A stretch of 2,870 nt of DNA, taken from Naegleria gruberi. Taxonomy: Eukaryota. Positions 1 through 2,870 of the stretch are shown piece by piece (position 1 is the first letter of the stretch; every line of letters starts with the position of its first letter). Position numbers and translations under genes: made by a program. The notes below the pieces were generated by a model. The model was not told the origin of the DNA, did no database searches, and saw only the letters and a list, made by a program, of their open reading frames with translations. Location of the stretch: the NCBI GenBank assembly GCA_000004985.1, contig GG739242.1, one strand, 5' to 3'.

Positions 1-184
1 AGTTTACAAAGCAATCAAACATTAAAAATGTCACAAATGGTCATGTTATGTGACGTGTTGGTTGGAAACAATTCTAAACAATAAGATTATTAATAGATTA
101 TTTCTATTTTGAATATTTGGGAAAATCTCTTCATTGAATTGGTGAGAAAGGAAAAATGTTGAGACTTTTTGATGGTTGGTGAGA

Positions 185-190
185 TTTAAT
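185..190 (-). promoter_or_regulatory. Candidate poly(A) signal variant ATTAAA on the minus strand, about 170 nt after the stop.
   Basis: Plus-strand tttaat at 185-190. No canonical AATAAA (plus-strand tttatt) occurs in 1..356. This is a weak motif-only call. Confidence 0.15.
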
Positions 191-321
191 ACAAACACTT
201 AAAAGAACATTGTAGTAGACTTTCTGGAATACACAAAAGAGTTACCATCATACAATGATTGTATCAAATATTATTAGAAATGGTTGTTGTCTGAATAGTA
301 AATGGAACAACTCTAATTGTT

Positions 322-350
322 GACGCCATTTTTTTACTGTTATTGGCGCC
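322..350 (-). promoter_or_regulatory. GC-rich stem-loop in the 3'UTR, 7 nt downstream of the stop codon. It forms a 7-bp stem and 15-nt A-rich loop on the mRNA strand.
   Basis: The plus strand reads GACGCCA-tttttttactgttat-TGGCGCC. On the minus (mRNA) strand this is GGCGCCA AUAACAGUAAAAAAA UGGCGUC, giving 7 contiguous pairs including one G.U wobble. On the plus strand the same position is an A.C mismatch. It is the most GC-dense spot in the flank. Confidence 0.3.
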
Positions 351-356
351 AAATCT

Positions 357-918
357 TTAAAGATGGATTGTGAAGATTAATTGATTCAATGCTTGAGTTA
401 TTTGTTTGAAGGTTGGTCTGTTGTGGGGATTTTGATCCCAACATTGTTTCATGAGGTCAATGTATTGAGAGCATACTTTCGAATAATTTAAATCACTTTC
501 GATTGATTTCACATATTCTCCAATCCAAGTTTCTAGCTCAGTTGAGTTATTCCAGGGAATATCTGGTCTCTCACCTTTCACTACTCTCATTGGTATTGAA
601 AAGGAAAATTGTTGCAGATCTCCTTCTCTACTATCCAATGTATTCGAAATGACTTTCCTCATCTTGATCGAATTCGAAGGATAGTAAGGTTTCTCCTCAA
701 AGAATAATTCATACATTATCATACTAAAACTATAAACATCAATTGCACTTCCAATTTCATGTCCACTTCCAATAATTTCTGGAGCCATATACAGAAAAGT
801 TCCCAAGTTCATTGTCATGGTTGAGCTTCCTGAACTTGAAGTCAATTTGGATAATCCAAAATCACATACTTTGGGATTCAAATTTGAATCTAGTAAAATA
901 TTGCCTGGTTTCAAATCT
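357..918 (-). CDS. Receptor-like TKL kinase, exon 2. Covers the catalytic loop (R)DLKPGN, DFG, activation loop, APE and C-lobe to the C-terminus, including the TAA stop at 357-359.
   Basis: Translation gives RDLKPGNILLD (Asn codon 900-902), KVCDFGLS (DFG at 855-863), YMAPE, DVYSFSMIMYEL (subdomain IX), KGERPDIP and CWDQNPHNRPTF (subdomain XI). It ends ..FTIHL then TAA. All invariant kinase residues are present. Confidence 0.85.
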
Positions 919-1338
919 CTATTTTTCAATAAATTCTCAATTGACCAAAAAAAAAACGTACCTATGAATGAGTGCTCTTGGTTTCAGTGAATGTAAATAA
1001 TCCATACCACTTGCAATTCCTTTCAAAATTTCAATCTTACTTTTCAAATCAAGATTTTTCCTTCCACATTTGCATTGTGCAATAATAGAATCTAAACTTC
1101 CATTTTCCAAATATTCCACAACCATATACTTGTTAGTATTCGAAAGGGTAACCCCATAAAACCTCACAATACTTGGATGCCTCAAGCTATTCAAAAGGCT
1201 TGCCTCATGTTCAAACTCATCATTGGATATCTCACTACTTTCAGTCTTGATACTTTTCAGCGCAACTTTAGTTTCGTTCCAATTTGCTAAAAAAACAGTA
1301 CCCATCGCTCCTTCCCCAATTCTCTTTACAATTTCAAT
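375..1338 (-). other. Protein kinase catalytic domain (TKL-like, predicted active), interrupted by the intron at 919..961.
   Basis: Subdomains I through XI are recognisable in order: GxGxxGxV, VALK, alphaC Glu, H|RDLKPGN, DFG, APE, DxYSF, CW..P..RP. KVCDFGLS and DVYSF are typical of the TKL group, including Raf/MLK-like and amoebozoan TKLs. Confidence 0.85.
919..961 (-). other. Spliceosomal intron, 43 nt, GT..AG, phase 2. Sense strand: GTACGTTTTTTTTTTGGTCAATTGAGAATTTATTGAAAAATAG.
   Basis: Exon 1 ends ..ATT CAT AG (His at 964-966, AG at 962-963). The minus-strand donor is GTACGT at 961-956 and the acceptor is TAG at 921-919. Joining AG to A(918) gives AGA, so the spliced sequence reads H-R-D-L-K-P-G-N, the universal kinase catalytic loop. 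Without splicing the frame runs HRYVFFLVN then TGA (937-939) and the HRDLKPGN motif is destroyed. Confidence 0.8.
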
Positions 1339-2870
1339 ATCTTCTATTGGAATAATAATATTACTAGCATTGGAGGTCAGTAAATTAATCAAGAGTGGTG
1401 ATTCATCTCCAAATACGAATTGCTTGTCAATTAATTTAAAAGCAATTTTCTTCTCCTTTCGTTCTCTGTTATAGAACTTGATGAGGGTCTGAACTATTTT
1501 AATGCATGACACAATTCCAATAATTAATAGCACCAATAAAATGGTAAATCCGAAAACAGCTGCCAAAATAATTGCAGTATGTGCTTTGAAAACACAAACT
1601 CCTGTGGAAGTATCAATTGAATAATCAAAAGGACACTTCTCCACTTGAATTCCAATTTTAAATGAAAAATCTCTGTCTACAAATTGAACTGTCACATTCA
1701 CAAGTTCTTGTTTGTCAGTCAGTTTCGTATTTTGAATAAAGATATTGAATACAGTATTGTTATAGAGATCTAATGAATTTGTAACAATTCTGTGTGTACT
1801 GTTTGAATTTAAGGAAATGGAAGGAGGAGTTAGGGAATTTTGTAAAGTATTATTGAAATAGTCAATTAGTGAAAATGAGACAGTTACAGATTGGCCTGGA
1901 TAGAGAGAAATGATATTGAATTCATTAGAACTGAATGGAGTTTCTCTTCCAATAATTCTATACTCTACACTTTGCAAATTTCTAGATCCAATATGAGTAA
2001 TGGAAAGTTTAGGTTCTTGATTCGGCAAGGTTCCATAGAAAACCACATCTCCAGAATAGCTTGCCTTATTATTAATAAATTGATTGGATTCTCCAAACAA
2101 GCACTCATTAAAACAAATCCCTCCTTTCACTGCATGATTGTTTTGAAACTTTGATTTACTGAAAAAACCATACGAATCTGAATAAACTATTCCTCCACTT
2201 CCACATTCTACAAGGTTATTACAATCGAAAAATCCAGAAAGTGCTTCATTTGAAATGAACTCAGAGTTGAAATCTGAAAATGTAGCTCCTTTCAAATAAA
2301 ATACACCTCCATTTGCAGCTCTATTCGAAACGAACTTACAATCAGATATTTTCAAATTAGTATTAATTGAGTTAATGACCCCTCCATTATCTCCTATATT
2401 GTCTTGAAATATCGAAAATGCAATTTGTATATAAAAAATAACTCCCTCCAAAAATGTAGGATTCGTTACTCGAATAGGTTTTACATTTCGAATAAAATTG
2501 CATGCTTCCATTTGAGTGGCAGCCACATATTCTAAAGAGAGTGCATTCAAACTGTTTGAGAAATTAGAATTCGCTACTACTAATTGTTGTGTTCCTACTA
2601 TTGATAGAGAACTATTCATTGTGAAATTTGACATTAAAACTTCAAAACTTGTCGTTCCAATCTCAAGAATTGATGAATTGATAAAACTAGATAGAGTAAT
2701 GATGGAATTAATTCCTCCTCTCAAATCCAACTGTGAATCGAGTATTGTTGATGAAATAATTGAAATAGCTCCTAATTCATTCTGAACAGAAGTGGAAACT
2801 ATATTCGAATCTTCAAAAGTACATCCACGTAAGGATTTAATCTTACTCTTCTTAATATCACAATTTCTAT
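962..2870 (-). CDS. Receptor-like TKL-family Ser/Thr protein kinase, exon 1 (5'-partial). Covers the ectodomain, transmembrane helix, juxtamembrane region and kinase N-lobe up to the His of HRD.
   Basis: The minus-strand frame is continuous and stop-free from 2870 down to 964 (my translation of 2731-2870: ..RNCDIKKSKIKSLRGCTFEDSNIVSTSVQNELGAISIISSTILDSQLDLRGG..). The ORF-track start at 2730 is a TTG codon inside this frame, not a true ATG. The translation contains GEGAMGTV (glycine loop), VALK (beta3 Lys, codon 1255-1257), the alphaC Glu and ..YLHSLKPRALIH. The exon ends CAT AG|GTACGT, with the donor G at 961. Confidence 0.85.
1501..1575 (-). other. Single transmembrane helix, AIILAAVFGFTILLVLLIIGIVSCI, followed by the stop-transfer cluster KIVQTLIKFYNRERKEKK.
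   Basis: This is the only long hydrophobic segment, 25 uncharged residues. A Lys/Arg-rich stretch lies immediately C-terminal (positive-inside rule), so the kinase is cytoplasmic and the N-terminal part is extracellular. Confidence 0.75.
1576..2870 (-). other. Extracellular or lumenal ectodomain (partial; continues beyond the window). Rich in N-x-S/T sequons and predicted beta-rich.
   Basis: N-glycosylation sequons include NSS, NFT, NSS, NFS, NNT, NST, NNT and NVT. The region is Ser/Asn/Thr/Ile/Phe-rich with alternating hydrophobic patterns typical of beta-strands. A membrane-proximal Cys pair, C..13 aa..C, lies at 1594..1635. Confidence 0.6.
2026..2418 (-). repeat. Protein-level tandem repeats of Pmp (polymorphic membrane protein) type: FxxN ... 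GG[AV][IF], about 25-residue period, at least 5 copies. Predicted parallel beta-helix.
   Basis: The repeats are FQDNIGDNGGVI, FVSNRAANGGVFY (NGGVFY confirmed at 2296-2313), FISNEALSGFF / FDCNNLVECGSGGIVY, FQNNHAVKGGICF and FINNKASYSGDVVFY. The FxxN Asn positions are spaced 25, 25, about 37 (with an extra degenerate copy) and 23 residues apart. A second, shorter-period F-x-N-S-x-L..G repeat (SFINSSILEIG / SNFTMNSSLSIVG / SNFSNSLNALSLEY) lies N-terminal at about 2524..2688. Confidence 0.5.

Noticed and set aside
28-87. Short plus-strand ATG ORF (MSQMVMLCDVLVGNNSKQ*)
   Set aside because: It is only 19 codons with no supporting signal. It may be part of a neighbouring gene's C-terminus (see finding) but cannot be supported as a feature.
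919-961. A frameshift or pseudogene interpretation of the break in the kinase domain
   Set aside because: Canonical AG|GTACGT donor and TAG| acceptor restore HRDLKPGN exactly. All other catalytic residues are intact downstream, which would not be expected for a decaying pseudogene.
1223-1474. Plus-strand ORF of 83 aa
   Set aside because: It lies entirely antisense to the kinase N-lobe / juxtamembrane coding sequence. The translation is low-complexity hydrophobic with no motifs. This is a typical shadow ORF of an AT-rich coding region.
1891-2154. Plus-strand ORF of 87 aa
   Set aside because: It is antisense to the ectodomain exon. It has no recognisable domain and no independent start context.
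937-2730. Treating the two minus-strand ORFs as two separate (prokaryote-style) genes starting at the track's 'M' codons
   Set aside because: Both 'M' positions (2728-2730 and 927-929) are TTG codons, and the upstream frame continues open to the window edge. The ORFs break exactly between H and RD of an otherwise colinear kinase domain and are bridged by a GT-AG intron. They are one split eukaryotic CDS.
2516-2785. Plus-strand ORF of 89 aa
   Set aside because: It is antisense to the ectodomain exon. The minus-strand frame is continuous and motif-bearing through this region.
1-2870. Giant-virus (Mimivirus-like) origin, suggested by the AT richness, the kinase and the post-stop hairpin
   Set aside because: No AAAATTGA-type early promoter motif was found. 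The gene has a spliceosomal intron with a U1-type donor and a heavily sequon-bearing ectodomain typical of a secretory-pathway cellular receptor. This is not excluded, but there is no positive evidence.

Overview
The window is AT-rich (about one-third GC by eye) and is almost entirely one eukaryotic gene on the minus strand. It encodes a single-pass receptor-like Ser/Thr kinase of the tyrosine-kinase-like (TKL) family.

The gene enters from beyond the right edge: its reading frame is still open at base 2870, and the 'M' at 2730 in the ORF track is really a TTG Leu codon inside the frame. Reading leftwards it encodes:
- an N-glycosylation-sequon-rich ectodomain (1576..2870);
- a 25-residue transmembrane helix (1501..1575);
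- a basic juxtamembrane stretch;
- a complete protein-kinase domain (375..1338).

The ectodomain carries periodic FxxN...GG[AV][IF] repeats that resemble chlamydial polymorphic-membrane-protein (Pmp) beta-helix repeats.

The kinase domain is split exactly inside the catalytic loop (..ALIH | RDLKPGN..) by a 43-nt GT-AG intron at 919..961. The two minus-strand ORFs in the track, 937..2730 and 357..929, are therefore two exons of one CDS. The CDS ends at TAA 357-359.

Bases 1..356 are non-coding 3' flank. A GC-rich stem-loop lies 7 nt after the stop codon.

The three plus-strand ORFs are antisense artefacts inside the CDS. No RNA genes, mobile elements or CRISPR arrays were seen.

Origin is uncertain. 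The short AT-rich intron, N/S/I/K-rich protein and TKL kinase with a ..KGERPDIP.. C-lobe motif suggest a protist, possibly an amoebozoan/dictyostelid-like genome with about 30-35% GC. That is an inference, not a database result.
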